Assembly (NCBI RefSeq): GCF_009914755.1 | Contig: NC_060945.1 | DNA length: 64,000 nt | From: the human T2T-CHM13v2.0 reference genome, Homo sapiens | Direction: 5' to 3' (one strand) | In this document: positions 1 to 14,658 of the stretch, one piece after another | Position numbering within the stretch: the first letter of the stretch is position 1 | Layout of the letters: each line of letters starts with the position of its first letter | Notes under the pieces: model-generated | What the model was told of the DNA's origin: nothing | The model's input: only the letters and a program-made list of their open reading frames with translations | The model's database searches: none | Position numbers and translations under genes: made by a program

Positions 1-913
1 ACAGAAATGTGGTGACCCCAAGGTTTGCAACAACTACATTTACCCTCATTTAATGTTCTGCCTCTATGCTTTCTTTGTCCTTATCTAAAGTGACTGTGCC
101 AGTAAGCACTAGCACACATGCACAGGGCCTGAAGAAAACTAGATCCAAAGAAATGTAAATCCAGCAATGGGTCTAAGAAAATTAGAATTTTGTTTTCTCT
201 AATCTTATACTTCTTCCTTTTCTTGAAAATTTTTATGTCCAAGGTTTTCAAATTCCATACAACACAATATTTTGCCAAAATTATCCAATATTTTAATTAT
301 CACTACACAGTACTTGACCATACAACAGACATAAGTGGGTAAAACTGCCCAGATATAAAAATAGCTTGCTTTGGGATGTTATGGAAACATATCCCATTAG
401 AGCTGCAGAAAGACTTAGGAAATCTACAGAGAAGAGCAGGCGACAAAGACAAAAGTAAATGTTGTGGCACAGAGTGAGTGCCCAGGAAATTTGATGAGCT
501 TAATTGAGGAAAGGAGCCCAATCGTTAGCCCAGACTGATAGACCACATTTCTTCTTCACATCTTCTAATTTTCACAGGCATTTCAGTTCTTCTGTTTCCA
601 AATCTAGTCCTCCTTTAGTCTCCCTTAACCAGGGTAACAGCATTTGTATTCCCGCAGTGGCTTCAGCCAGAAACTTCTCTCCTTCCATTTTCTTACTCCC
701 ACTTCCATCAAAGCTTTCTATTACAGTTTCCCTTGTCTAAACCTTCCCTTTCTTTCTCCTTAAACGTTTCGAAGGGCTTCTAATAATCTCCAACTCTCTG
801 CACTGATTTTTTTCCAGTCAATTTCTCCTGAATGCTCAGAGCAGTCTTTAAAAATAAGATAAATCTTTAAAAATAAGATAAATAAGTCAAACAACTTTAA
901 AATGATAAACATG

Positions 914-1247
914 CAGTCATTCCTCTGTATACATGGGTTCTGTGTCTATGGATTCAATCAATCACAGATCAAAAGTATTTAGAAAAAAACAATTCCACAA
1001 ATCTTCAAAATCAAAACTGAAATTTGCAACACACCAAGTACTACATTGAATTCACTTAAACGAAGTGATATGTAGACATTGTATTAGATATTATAAGTAA
1101 TTTAGAGATGATTTAAAAGTATATGGGAGAATGTGCATAGGTTATATGCAAATGCTACACCACTTTATACCAGGGACTGAAGCATCCATGGGTTTTGGTA
1201 TCTGCGGGCATCTTGGAACCAATTCCCCATAGACACCAAGGGACCAT
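914..1247. mobile_element. Tigger-family DNA transposon (MER2/Tigger3-like)
   Basis: Typical text: ggattcaatcaatcacagatc...gtattagatattataagtaatttagagatgatttaaa...ggaaccaattcccc. Confidence 0.75.
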
Positions 1248-1249
1248 CA

Positions 1250-1805
1250 TAGTCCCCATTGCTCTAGAAATATAATCCAGTCTCCATAATGAGCCCTTGA
1301 TATCCTGTATTTTACATATTAACCTTCAGCTTCATCTCTTCTCACTCATTGGTCATTCACTAAAGTCCTGCTTTCATTTTCTGAAACACATAATCCATTT
1401 CCACTTCAGGGAGTTTCCATTTCTCTCTTGTCTGCCTGAATATTGTTTCCTTCGGCTCTTCTATTGTATATCCTTCTCACTGGAACTAAATAAAAGATTA
1501 TTCATTACACAGAGCAGAGAGAGGCTTTTTCTGAGCACCATTCCACCCTCTTCACTCCTTTGTTTTTTCTCATCTCACATTATTTACTACCTTCGTAACA
1601 CTCATTAAACTTTTAATTTGCTCGTTTGATTTTCTTACATGTTTTTGTTTCTCTCTCCTTCCTGCATCTCCACTCCAAGACTGTGGGACTCGTGGGGAAA
1701 AACTGAGTGTCTTAGGATCACTATCATCACCCCAACACCTGGCCCAGAACCTAGCAAATAGTAGATGCCCACAGAATATTATTGATTCACTGAATAAATG
1801 AGTGT
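1250..1805 (+). mobile_element. Degraded L2 3' end
   Basis: acctagcaaatagtagatgccc...tgaataaatgagtg resembles the L2 terminus. Confidence 0.5.
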
Positions 1806-4467
1806 ACAAGCGGCTGCGAGGTGGTTACTTTTTACCTTTCAAAAATACCATAAAACTCTTTTTTTTAAAAAATGAGAATGTTATAATGGGGTCATACATA
1901 TGTTTTTATTGACACTGGCTTCTTTTACTCAACATAATGCCTTTGAGATTCACCCCAGTTACTCTGTGAATCAATCGTTGGTTCCTTTAAATTGATGAGT
2001 GGTATTCTGCACTGACTCTGGACTTGGCCATGTGTCTTGTTCTGCTGAAAGGAATAATAGCACAAGAGAGTTTTGCATTGGGACTGCCCTCTATTGTTAC
2101 TATTGGAATACTGAGGCCACCATGGAATTGAGCCTAAGCCAGTCTTTTGGAAGACAAGAAGCAATGATGTCCTGGTAAATGTTTAGGAGCTGGTTCTTGG
2201 GGTAAGGGGGCAGAGAAGGCTCTGATTTGTAGTATTTTCCAATGTCTGTGGTACAAATACTCCCACTATGGCAGATTTCAAGCCACCAAGTGTATAATAA
2301 CTACCTCACAAAACCCCTGATAATGTAAAACAAGCTCTCATTCAGGTATAAGTCACCTCCAGCTGATGACAGATGAGAGACCATGTAGAGAGAATTTGGG
2401 GCCTGGCTGACAGTAAACCAGCTCATGTTGCTAACCTGGAGGCTACCAGACATATGAGGGTTGTCAGTATAGATTTTCCAGCTCACCCAGACTTACCAGA
2501 TATCCTAGTAGAGATCAAACATCTTGGCCCAGACCAGAAAAGGTACTCATCTGGTTTGTGAACAAATATAAAATGGTTCCTAGTTTAATTCAATACATTT
2601 TGAGGTGGCTTAATATGGAGCAAAATCTAATAAATACAATTGGCTATCATTTCATTCCATATCACCTATGGGTATCTTGAATATTATAAATAAACAAATG
2701 ATAAGCAGTTTCTGAAAAAAAATGAGTCTGCAAGTCACCACGAAAAGTAGTAAAATTTTTGTTTTACTGAGATAAGTGGCTACGTTGTTGTCATATTGCT
2801 AGTGTACCGCTAGGTTCATGTGGAACTCGAATTATTTTTTTTAAACAGTGAAAATACAGGTTGTAATACCAGGAGTAAAAATAAACTGTCGATGCTAGCA
2901 TCCCATCCTTGTTGATGTTGCATTTTTTTCTTTTCATTATATGTTGTTGTGACTATTGTTATAGAAAATTTCACACAACTGTCCTCTAATAAACTGTATG
3001 TTAATACTAGTGGTCAGTGTTGAGAACCAGACCCAAAACTGAAACCAAATATTTGAAATACAAAGATTTAGAGATGTTCTGCTCCTTTTCTTTTAAGAAA
3101 AAACAGAATTTAAATCATCCTGGTGGCACAATAGGAGCTGAGCTAATTTTTTAAATTGAATTTTAATGCCGGATAATTTGCATAGAAATGAACCGAAATA
3201 GACCACTCAGAATTAGGTCCCTTCTTGTACAGTTGGACAGTAAGGAGATTTCACCATTATGGACCTATGTAATGATAAGGGGAAGGAAGCACAGAAAACA
3301 GTCTTGATGATCATTCTCACACCCTAGAACAAGATATTTGGATTTTCTTCTTGACATGGGCTCTTAGGATATGTATATATGTACTGTATAAATTCATTTC
3401 TACTTTGTAAAACCAAACCCATTCCCATTAGTATGAATTCCTTCAACTTTCTCTCTGAAGTATCTAACTTTCTTAACACATCGTCTCCCAACTATAAATT
3501 CATCTCTTCCCATTTATACCCTAAACTCTTGAAATCAACTATTACATCATGTCAGTTGTCCCCAGGTCATCATTTCCCATTGATTTCTCTTGAAGTTTTC
3601 TTTAGTTGTTTGTTTCATTCTCCACCCTTTTCTATTCTAGGCCCCTGTTGGCTCATTATCATGGCTACATTATCTGGGCTTTTCTGCCTCTAGCCTTTAT
3701 TGAGATTGGAGAATAAAAGGAGCTGGCAGGAGATTAGAGGGAAAAAGGAGAGAAAGGTCTGGATTTTACTCAGTTTCTCCTCCCTGCCACTTCACTAGAA
3801 TTCTTCTAGTAATCTATCCTTGAGTATTTATACCTTGTAGGTCCCTTTATGGCTCTAGCTCTCAACAATTTCTGACCATCTACTTGTCTCTCCAGGCCAA
3901 GAGTAATAAAGCTTCCTGCTGGTTCTGGTGTTAGGATGCCTCATTTAATCCTGCCAAGATTTTTATAGATAGTTGATTCTCATATTATGTTGAAAACCTT
4001 TGCCAAATAGGTTTTATGTTTTCTTCTGTGGCCTTGACTAATACACTTCTTGACCCATTGTAATGGGTCTGCTTCTTGCTCAACACTTACAAAAATGTGA
4101 CCCACCAAGCTATTTCACTAAATAAATGGCTTCTGGTTTTAGGGGGAATTTTGTCATTCTCCTGTGAGAAGGTGTTAAAGGTACTTTTTTTTTTAATAGC
4201 ATGCTTTTTTTTTCTGTATATTTTTCTATATATTCAATTACCTACTGAGCATCTCCACTTGTTTTCATATGCACACTTCAAATTCATTATGGACAATATT
4301 CAACTTATCTTTCCCTTATGTAACAATTCATAAAGACATTTTTTAAATGAATGAACTCCTGGAGTTGTGTATTGTCTTGCTAGCTCCTCAAGCAAGAAAA
4401 TTTTACACCAATTTTGTTTCTCCCTTACAGTCAAATGTAGTCAAGTAATAGGCATTATCTATATAAT

Positions 4468-4530
4468 ATTACCTATGTAACAAACCCGCACATGTACCTC
4501 TGAACTTAAAATAAAAGTTATTAAAAAAAA
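4468..4530 (+). mobile_element. Short L1PA 3' terminal fragment with poly(A)
   Basis: tacctatgtaacaaacccgcacatgtacctctgaacttaaaataaaag followed by an A tail. Confidence 0.75.
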
Positions 4531-7500
4531 GAAATGCTGCTGATATTTTTGGTTGATGCTGTATCCTGCAACTTTACTGAATTTATTTATCACTTCTTAG
4601 AGCTTTTTGGTTGAACCTTTATATAAAATCTATGTATAAAATCATGAAATAGAAACAATTTGACTTCCTTCTTTCTGAATAGATCCTTTTTATTTATTTT
4701 TCTTGCCTAATTTCTCTGGCTAGGACTTTAGTACTACGTTGAATAAAAGTGGTGAAAATTGGCATCTATGTCTTGTTTCAGATCTTAGAGGAAAAGCTTT
4801 CAACTTTTCTCCAGTTAGCTGTAGTTTATCATTTTTGGCCTTTATTGTGTTGAGGTACATTTTGTTGAGAGTTTTAATCAAACAGCATTGTTGAATATTG
4901 TCAAATACTTTTTCTGTTTATCAAAGTGATAGATTAGCTTGTGTCCTTGATCCTGCTAATGTGCTATATCACATTTATTGTATTATGTAGGTTGTATTAT
5001 CTAGAATGAATCCCATTTGATCATGGTGAATGATCTTTTTAATGTGCTGTTGAATTTGGTTTGCTAGTATTTTCTTAAGGATTTTTGCATCTATTTTTAT
5101 CAGAGATATTGTCCTGTCATTTCATATTTTGTTGTGTCCTTGACTGGTTTTTGTATCAGTTATGCCAGCATTGTAGAATGAGTTTGGACGAATTCTCTCA
5201 TCTTCAATTATTTTGAAATAGTTTGAAAAGTATCGATAACATCTTTTAAATGTTTGGTAGATTTCAGTAGTGAAGCCATCATATCTGGAGCTTTTCTTTG
5301 ATGGGAGACTTTTTATTATAGATTCTATGTTGTTGCTCACTATTGGTCTCTTCAGATTTTCTACTTTTTCATAATTCAATTTTGGTAGGTTGTATATGTA
5401 TATGTTGGCATGTAGTTGTTCATAATAGTCTCTTATAATCCTTTGTATTGCTGTTACATCAGTTGTAATGTATACTTTTTTATTTCTGATTGTATTTGAA
5501 CCTTCCATCTACTTTTCTAAGTTAATCTAATTAAAGGTTTGTTTCTGTTCAAGGATTTCTGTATTGTTTTAGTCACTATTCCACTTATATCCACTCTCAT
5601 TTATTTCTTTTTTCTACTAATTTTGTGTTTGTTCTTGTTGTTCTAGTTCCTTGAGGTATGAGGTTAGACTGTTTATTTGAGATTTTTTGTATTTTATGGT
5701 GTAGGTGTTTATTGCTGTAAACTTCCCTCTTGGAACTGCTTTTGCTGTATTCCATAAGTTTTCATATACTGTGTTTCCAATTTCATTTGTCTCATGAAGT
5801 GTTTGAATTTTCTTTTTAACTTATTCATTAATCCATTTGTTATAGAGGAGTATGTTGTTAAATTTACATGTATTTAAATGGTTTCTAAAGTTTTTACTGT
5901 TAGTGATTTCTAGTTTTATTCCATCATGGTCAAAAGAGATACTTGATTTTGATTTTTACAGATTTGCTGAGATTTGTTTTGTGGCCTAACATCTGATCTA
6001 CCCTGAAGACACTTCCATGTGCTGATGAGGAGAATGCATACTCTTCAGCTGTTGAGTGGGATGTTCTGTGTATATCTGGTAGGTCCACATGATCTAGAGT
6101 GCGCTTTATATTTGTTGTTTTTTTTTTGCTGAATTTTTGTCTAGATGATCTGTCCTTTGCCAAAAGTGAGATATCGAAGTCCTCTGTTATTATTGCGTTA
6201 GAGTCTATCTCTCCCTTTACATCTAATAATATTTGCTTTATATGCCTGGGTGTTCTGGTTTGAGATTCATATATATTTGTAGTTGTTATATCCCCTTACT
6301 GAATTGACCCGTTCATCATATCATGACCATCTTTGTCTCTTTTCACAGTTTTTGACTTAAAGTCTATTTTATCTGATCTAAGTATAGCTACTTTTGCTCT
6401 CTTTTGATTTCCATTTGCATGGCATATAGTTTTCTCTTCTTTATTTTTAGTCAATATGTGTCCTTACAGGTGAAGTAAGTCTCCTGTAAGCAGTATATAG
6501 TTGTATGTTTTTAAAATGCATTCAGCCATCTTTTAATTACAGAATTTAATACACTTATATTGAAGGTTATTATTAATAGTTATGGATTTACTGTTGCGAT
6601 TTTGTTCATTGTTTTCTGGTTATTTTGTAGGTCTTTGTTTCTTTCTTCCTCTCTTCTGTTTGCTTTTGTGGTTTCATGGTTTTATTCCATTCTCTTTTTC
6701 ATTTGCATATATGCTGTAACTTTTTTCTTTTTTGTTACTCTGGGGCTTACATAACAAATCTTATAGTTCTAAAGGTTTATTTTAAGCTAATAACAATTTA
6801 ACTGATTGCCTGCAAATATTCTAGACTTTTACCCTCCAACCCAATTTATAATTTTCTTGTCTTAATTCACATCTTTTATATGGTTTATTTCTAAAAAACT
6901 TATTGTAGCTATGGTTATTGTTGACCATTTTGACTTTTAACCTTCATACTGTATACCACCACTACAATACTGTAGCACTCTGAATTTAATTATGAGTTTA
7001 CTTCTACCAGTGAGTTTAAATACTTTCATGGTAGTAATTAACATCCTTTCACCTCATGGTGGCAATTAACATCCTTTGAAACCGTCTTTTAAGCATTTCT
7101 TGTACAGCTGTTCTAGTGGTGATGAATTCCATCAGCTTTTGCTTGTCTGGGAAAGACTTTGCTTCTCCTTCATATTTAAAGAATAACTTTGATGAGTATA
7201 CTGTTCTTGACTAGAAGTTTTTTTTTTTCTCTCAGCACTTTGAATATATTATCCCATTCTTTCCTGGCCTGCAAGGTTGAGAAATATTCTGAGAAATATG
7301 CTGATAGTCCAAGCAGCAAGATAACAGCCATGAAGTCCCATATAGGGGGATTTCCTCATAAGAAAATGTCTTAGGCTGCAGGAGTTTGTGAGGCTGCTGT
7401 GCTAGCTTGGGTACAGCCTCATCACTGGGCATGAGTGCCTGTTCCTTGGGGAACAGGGTGCCACATGGGCTCAGGTGCTAAGGTTACAGCTGTTGTGCTG

Positions 7501-8215
7501 GTCCTCGGCTCTGAGTAGATGGAGCCAAGATACCGCAGTCACTGGGATGGAAAGATGGAGTGCCTTCTTGGCAGTTTGTTTCCATGGGGTTAGAAGTTGT
7601 AGCTGCTCAGCTGCAGAATGGTGCGCTACCATGAGTAGGTGTGGTGTAGTGGCAGTGAAGCCTAGGATATGGGAAGATAGAGTGGCTACTGGCCCCCAAA
7701 TGAGAAGGCACCCTAGCAGTGGCTTCAGTCTCAAGATGTCATTACACTGCAGCAGCTTCGATAATAGGGCAGGATGAGACATAATGTGAGCTCCTTGTTT
7801 GGAGTAACATAGACATGTGAACTCCAGGCAACTCCTCAGGCTGGGCCTAGGACCTGTAAGGACTACAGTGATCTCCAGGAGCAAAGATTGTGGGTGTCCA
7901 CATTTTAATTTGTGTTGCTAAGGGCCTCCTGCATACCTTTTCTCTGTAAGGAGAGTCTGCCCTGGCTCTGACCTCATCCCACTAGGAGAGAAAAGATGGT
8001 AAAGGCAGAGTGTTCCATTCCCTTTTTTATATGGCCATCCTGAGTCTCCGTGATCCACATGGTCTCTGCCATTTCCTTGTTGTACTCCAGGGCTCTCTTT
8101 CATATATTTTAGTTGAAATGTGGTTATTTATTTGTTTCTTTGGTCCTTTTGTGTGGTGGCCGGGGAGGAGGTTGAGTGTTAGGAACTTCTAGTCAGCTAT
8201 CTTATTGGTGTCACT
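4531..8215 (-). mobile_element. Old L1 (L1M/L1MA-type): ORF2 remnant through a 5' UTR-like end
   Basis: Minus ORFs 5122-5508 ([17 protein letters not shown]) and 5930-6163 are ORF2-like. GC-richer 7300-8210 ends in ctagtcagctatctt, resembling an antisense L1M 5' end. Confidence 0.75.
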
Positions 8216-8967
8216 TCCTCTTGCATCTTCTTGATTTAAGATTTATTTAGGATCCCAGAGTCTTCTGCATCCTCTTGGCAGACAAAGGACTAAAGAGTTA
8301 AGGCAGACTTCATTATTACTATGTTAGTCAAATTATTTCTTTTTGTTGATAAGAATATGATATTTTGTTGGTAAGAATAGGACATATGGCCTTGCTTAGA
8401 AGAAAGGTGACTAAGAATTGTAGTTCTGGAAGGGGAGCTATTTTCCAGTAACAGCTCTACACTCTAGAAGAAGATATAAGAAAATTGATGAATACTTAGT
8501 TCCCTGTAATTTACTCTGTCTCCTATAATCTGAGATTTTAATTTCTCCAGTGCAGTGTTTATCTGATTATCCTTTGTAGATAATTTCCTTTGTAAGTAAA
8601 GTTCTGTACTAGGGAGAACTTCACTTTTCTTCTTTGTCTACTAACATACTTCAGGCCTCAGATTTGTCTTACCTGCTCTTAAGTCTTTATCAAAGCAATT
8701 TAGACTCTATAGCTATTTGTTTAACCTACCTTTTCCACTAGGACTGGGAGATTTTTCATTTTTCTCATCATTAAATTCCCAGTAGTTAGCAGAAATTCTG
8801 GATAGAATAAAAACTTTATTAATATTTGTTGAAGAAATTCATACATCACTTAAGCCTGTTCTTTACGCATTTAATTTTTAGTAAACTCTTTACTGAGGTG
8901 TAACAGAAACATAAAAAATCACAAATCATAAGTGTATGTATAGTTTGATGAATGATGAATCACCATT

Positions 8968-9447
8968 GTATTAGTTTCCTACAGTAACAAATTACTGCAC
9001 ACTTGGTGGCTCATAAGAACAGAAACATATTTTCTCTTAGTTATGGAGGACAGAAATTCAAAATCAGTATCACTGGATCAAAATCAAGATGTTAACAGGG
9101 CCACACTTCTTTCAGAAACTCTGGAGAAAAATCTGTTTCTTGCCATTTCCAGCTTCTGGTGTCCGTGAGGATTCCTTGGCTATTGGCCACATCACTCTCA
9201 CATCTTCAAATCTCTTTGCTCCAACTTTATATCAATCTACCACTTTATGTATAAGGTCTCTCTTAGCCTTCCTCTTACACAGATACATGTGATTGAATTT
9301 TAGGCCCAGCTAGATAATCCAGGATGATCTCCAGATTTCAAGATTCATAAATTAAGCACATCAACAAATACCCCTTTTTTCAAATATAAGGTAAAATTTA
9401 TAAATTTCAGGAATGAAGACATGAATACCTTTTGGGAGACTACCATA
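8968..9447 (-). mobile_element. MaLR LTR (MLT1B/C-like) inserted in an old L1M
   Basis: tgtattagtttcct...cttggtggct...aagatgttaacagggccacac...gataatccaggatgatct. Confidence 0.75.
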
Positions 9448-9449
9448 CC

Positions 9450-10650
9450 TTCACATGAACTCAGCCACATGACTATTTAATAGATTGATCTAAAGAACAT
9501 TACCAGCCCCTAAGTTATTCTTCCTTTTAAACTTTCTATCAGTTTTTGACTTTGTTAACTGAAGAGTAATTAGTCCCCTGACTTCTAACAAAATGGATTA
9601 CATTTGCCATTTTAGAATTTATATAAAGTAATACAGTTTGTTTTAACTATTGTCTGACTTTTTGCTCAGCATACATCTATGTTTTGGTGTACAATTATAG
9701 TTCTTTTATTCTCGTTGTTATATGGTAATCTATTTTATTAATATACCAATATTTAGTCTATTGTTGGGCATATGGCTTGTATTACAGTTCTGCTACTAAT
9801 AGAACTGCTATGAATATTTCATACATGCCTTTTAGTATATATTGTATGTTGGACATACAACTAGGAGAAAATTAGTAGAATTAGTGTGTGGTAGAGTAGT
9901 ATATGTGTGTTCACTTTTGGTATATTCTTCCAGCTTTCCAAAACGATTGTATAAATGCATGTTTCAGTAATAGTCTGTGAGAGTTTCTGTTGCTCCACAT
10001 CCTAATTAACATCTAGGAGAGTATTACTTTTTCAGTTTAGCCATTCTGATGTATATAAATAAATATTGCATTAAAATTTCAATACGTATATGAATAATTA
10101 TTAATACAGTTAAGCAAACTTTCATATGCTTATTGAGCATTTGAATATCTCCTTTTGTAAAGGGCTTATCAAGTTTTTGCCCATTTATCCATTAGTCTGC
10201 TTTTTTCTTACTGATTTATGAGCAGACTTTTAGTATTTTCAATATAAAGTTTAAAAGGAGGAATATCTTGGGGGCTGCTTATATGCTTAGTAAATTTCTT
10301 TTTCCAAATTATGAGCTGCATTTTCACTCTCATAATGTCTTTAATGATGATTATGTATTTTAATGAAGTCTAGCTTGTCATTTTTTCTTTTAAGTTTAAA
10401 ATAATTTGTCATATTTAAGAAATCCTTGCATATACAAAAGTCATGAAAACATTCTCCTATGTCTCCTATATCATCTTCTAAAAGCTTTATTTTTATTTAT
10501 ATAGAGATATATATTATTCTGAATTATTTTTGTGAATTTTGTGAATTTAGAGCCAAGCTTTTTTGTAGTTGTTTGTTCAAGGTAGGAGTATAATTGCCAA
10601 GCATCATATTTTTGTTTCTTCTCTTCATTATCCTATTTCTCATAGATCAG
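9450..10650 (-). mobile_element. Old L1ME/MD 3' region
   Basis: Degenerate antisense L1 3' motifs (ctgctatgaatattt, gttgctccacatcc, ttagccattctgat). Confidence 0.6.
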
Positions 10651-10749
10651 GTAACTATATACTTTCTTTTTGTTCCCAGAATCTCTAATGTGTTTCACTA
10701 GCATGTTTCTTTTTTCTTTACCAATACAAGATTTCAATATATAGTCTTT

Positions 10750-11190
10750 TGTTTAACTTTTATTTTTATTTCAGGGGTATACGTGCAGGTTTGTTTTATA
10801 GGTAAATTATATGTCACAGATGTTTGTTATACAGATTACTCTGTTACCCAGGTAATAAGCATAGTACTCAATAGGTGGTTTTTGGATTTTCCCCCTTCTG
10901 CCACCCTTCTCTCTGTAGTAAGCCCCAGTGTCTATTGTTTTCTTTTTCATGTCCATTCCTACTCAATGTTTAGCTCCCACTTACGAGTGACTACATGTGG
11001 TATTTGGTTTTTTTGTTTCTGTTTCTGTGTGTCTTTGCTTAGGATAATGGCCTTCAGCTTCATCTATGCTGCTGCAAAGGACATGATATCATTCTTTTTT
11101 ATGGCTGCATTGTATTCCATGGTGTATATGTATCTTGTTTTCTTCATACAGTCTACTATTTATGGGCATCTAGGTTAATTCCATGTCTTT
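10750..11190 (-). mobile_element. L1PA/PB 3' end
   Basis: Poly(T) then caggggtatacgtgcaggtttg...tttagctcccactt...ggataatggcc. Confidence 0.8.
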
Positions 11191-11574
11191 GGAAATGCAA
11201 AGAGGCAAGAATAGTCAAGAAAGTTTCAAAGGATGACATAGTCTACCATATATGAAGACTTCTTGTGTCTTTTTTCAAAATTTGAAGAAAGTCTTGATAT
11301 ATGCAGTGTATGCCTGCCTTCAGAATTTCTTTGGATATTCTTACCTCTTTGTATTTGCATATAAATTTTAGAATCAGCTTGTCAATTAGCTCAAATATAT
11401 TATTAGAAATTTGATTGAGATTGCATTAAATCTATGGATCAATTTGGGAAAAATTAACCATTATCAAACAACATTGCTAAATGCACTAGTTAACCTTAAT
11501 AGCTTAAAATATTTTCTACATATATACAGACATACAGAAATGTGTATTATATATATACAGAAAAAAATGTTTTT

Positions 11575-12105
11575 CTAAAATTATATTCAACTCTTTCAGT
11601 TATTTTTAAATACACAATGAATTATAGTTAACTATAGTCACCCTATTGTGTTACCGAATACTAGACTTTATTCCTTCTAACTGTATTTTTGTACCCATTA
11701 ACCATATCCTCTTTATATCTCCCTCCCCACTACCCTTCCTAATCTCCAGTAGCCATCATTCTACTTTCTCTCTCTATGAGTTCAATTTTTTTTAGCTGAG
11801 ATATGAGTGAGAAATATGAGTGAGAACATGTGATAGTTGTCTTTTCATGCCTGATTTACTTCACTTAACATGATGTCCTCCAGTTCCATCCATGCTTTGC
11901 AAATAACAGGATTTTATCATTTGTATAGCTGAAAAATATTTCACTGTGTATGTGCACCACAGTTTAATTATCCGTTCATCCATTGATAGACACTTTGGTT
12001 GATTCCATATTTGGCTATTGTGAATAGTGCTGAAATAAACATGAGAGAGCAGATATCTCTTCAATATACTGATTTCCTTTCTTTTGGATATAGACCCAGG
12101 AATGA
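11575..12105 (-). mobile_element. L1MA 3' UTR fragment
   Basis: actatagtcaccctattgtg...tgagtgagaacatg...ttggctattgtgaatagtgc. Confidence 0.75.
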
Positions 12106-12330
12106 GCCATCTCGGCTCACTGCAAGCTCTGCCTCCGGGGTTCACGCCACTCTCCTGCCTCAGCCTCCCGAGCAGCTGGGACTGCAAGCACCCGCCACCA
12201 CGCCCGGCTAAGTTTTTGTATTTTTAGTAGAGACAGGGTTTCACCATGTTAGCCAGGATGGTCTCAATCTCCTGACCTCGTGATCCGCCTGTCTCGGCCT
12301 CCCAAAGTGCTGGGATTACAGGCGTGAGCC
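12106..12330 (-). mobile_element. AluY-like fragment truncated at both ends
   Basis: ctcggctcactgcaagctctgcctcc...aggatggtctc...ggcgtgagcc, with no tail and no TSD. Confidence 0.85.
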
Positions 12331-12334
12331 GGAA

Positions 12335-13430
<1,096 letters not shown>

Positions 13431-13587
13431 TTAAGAATATAAGAACACAAAGAAAATCAATTATACTAAACTGTGGTATTCAAATATTTTTTCAATGGTG
13501 ATATAGTAATACAAGTGCTTTCTGAACACACTGAATAAGATCTAGTGAGAATCTAATAGCTAAACCAATTTTAAAATAGTAATGTTC

Positions 13588-14658
13588 CATAAACAGAACT
13601 AAAAACAAAAACCACATGATTATCTCAATAGATGCAGAAAAGGCTTTCAATAAAAGTCAGCATTCCTTCATGATAAAAACACTGAACAGACTAGACTTTG
13701 AAGGAACATACCTCAAAATATTGAGCCATATATGACAAACCCACAGCCAACATTATACTGAGTTGGCAAAAGCTGGAAGCATTCCACTTGAAAACTGGCA
13801 CAAGACAAGGATGCCCTCTCTCACCACTCCTATTCAACATAATATTGGAAGTTCTGGCCAGGGCAGTTAGGCAAGAGAAAGAAATACAGGGCATTCAGAT
13901 AGGAAGAGTGGAAGTCAAACTATCCTTACTTGCAGATGACATGATCCGGTATCTGGAAAACCTCATAGTCTCAGCCCAAAAGACTCTTAAGCTGATAAAC
14001 GACTTTAGCAAAGTCTTGGGATACAAAATCAATGTTCAGAAATCACTAGTATTCCTATACATGAACAACAGTCAGGCTGAGAGCCAAATCAGGAATGAAA
14101 TTCCATTCGCAATTGTCACAAAAAGAATAAAATACCTAGGAATAAAGCTAACTAGGGAGGTGAAATATTTTTACAAGGAGAACTACAAAACACTGCTCAA
14201 AGAAACCAGAGATGACACAAACAAATGGAAAAATACTCCATGCTCATGGATAGGAAGAATCTATATCTTTAAAAGGGCCATACTGCCCAACGCAATTTAT
14301 AGATACAGTGCTATTTCCATCAAACTACCATTGACATTCTTCACAGAACTAGAGAAAACTATTTTAAAATTCATATAGAACCATAAAAGAGACTGAATAA
14401 TCAAGGCAATCCTAAGCAAAAGTAACAAAGATGATGGCATCATGCTCCCTGAATTCAAACTATATTACAGGGCTACAGTAACCAAAACAGTTTGGTAATG
14501 GCACAAAAATAGACACATAGACTAAGAAACAGAATAGAGAACCCAGAAATAAGACCACACACCTACAACTATCTGATATTTGACAAACCTGACAAAAACA
14601 AGCAATGGAAAATGAATTCTCCATTCAATAAATGGTGTTGGGATAACTAGCTAGCCAT
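13588..14658 (+). mobile_element. L1P ORF2 internal fragment (RT domain)
   Basis: ORF 13788-14378 [16 protein letters not shown]...LADDM...IKYLGI; truncated at both ends. Confidence 0.9.

Noticed and set aside
845-900. 19-bp tandem duplication TCTTTAAAAATAAGATAAA; similar micro-duplications at 11800-11825 and 27740-27820
   Set aside because: Ordinary slippage duplications with no sign of function.
7300-8210. GC-richer stretch with 100-137 aa ORFs
   Set aside because: Its position and terminus fit the antisense 5' region of the adjacent old L1M.
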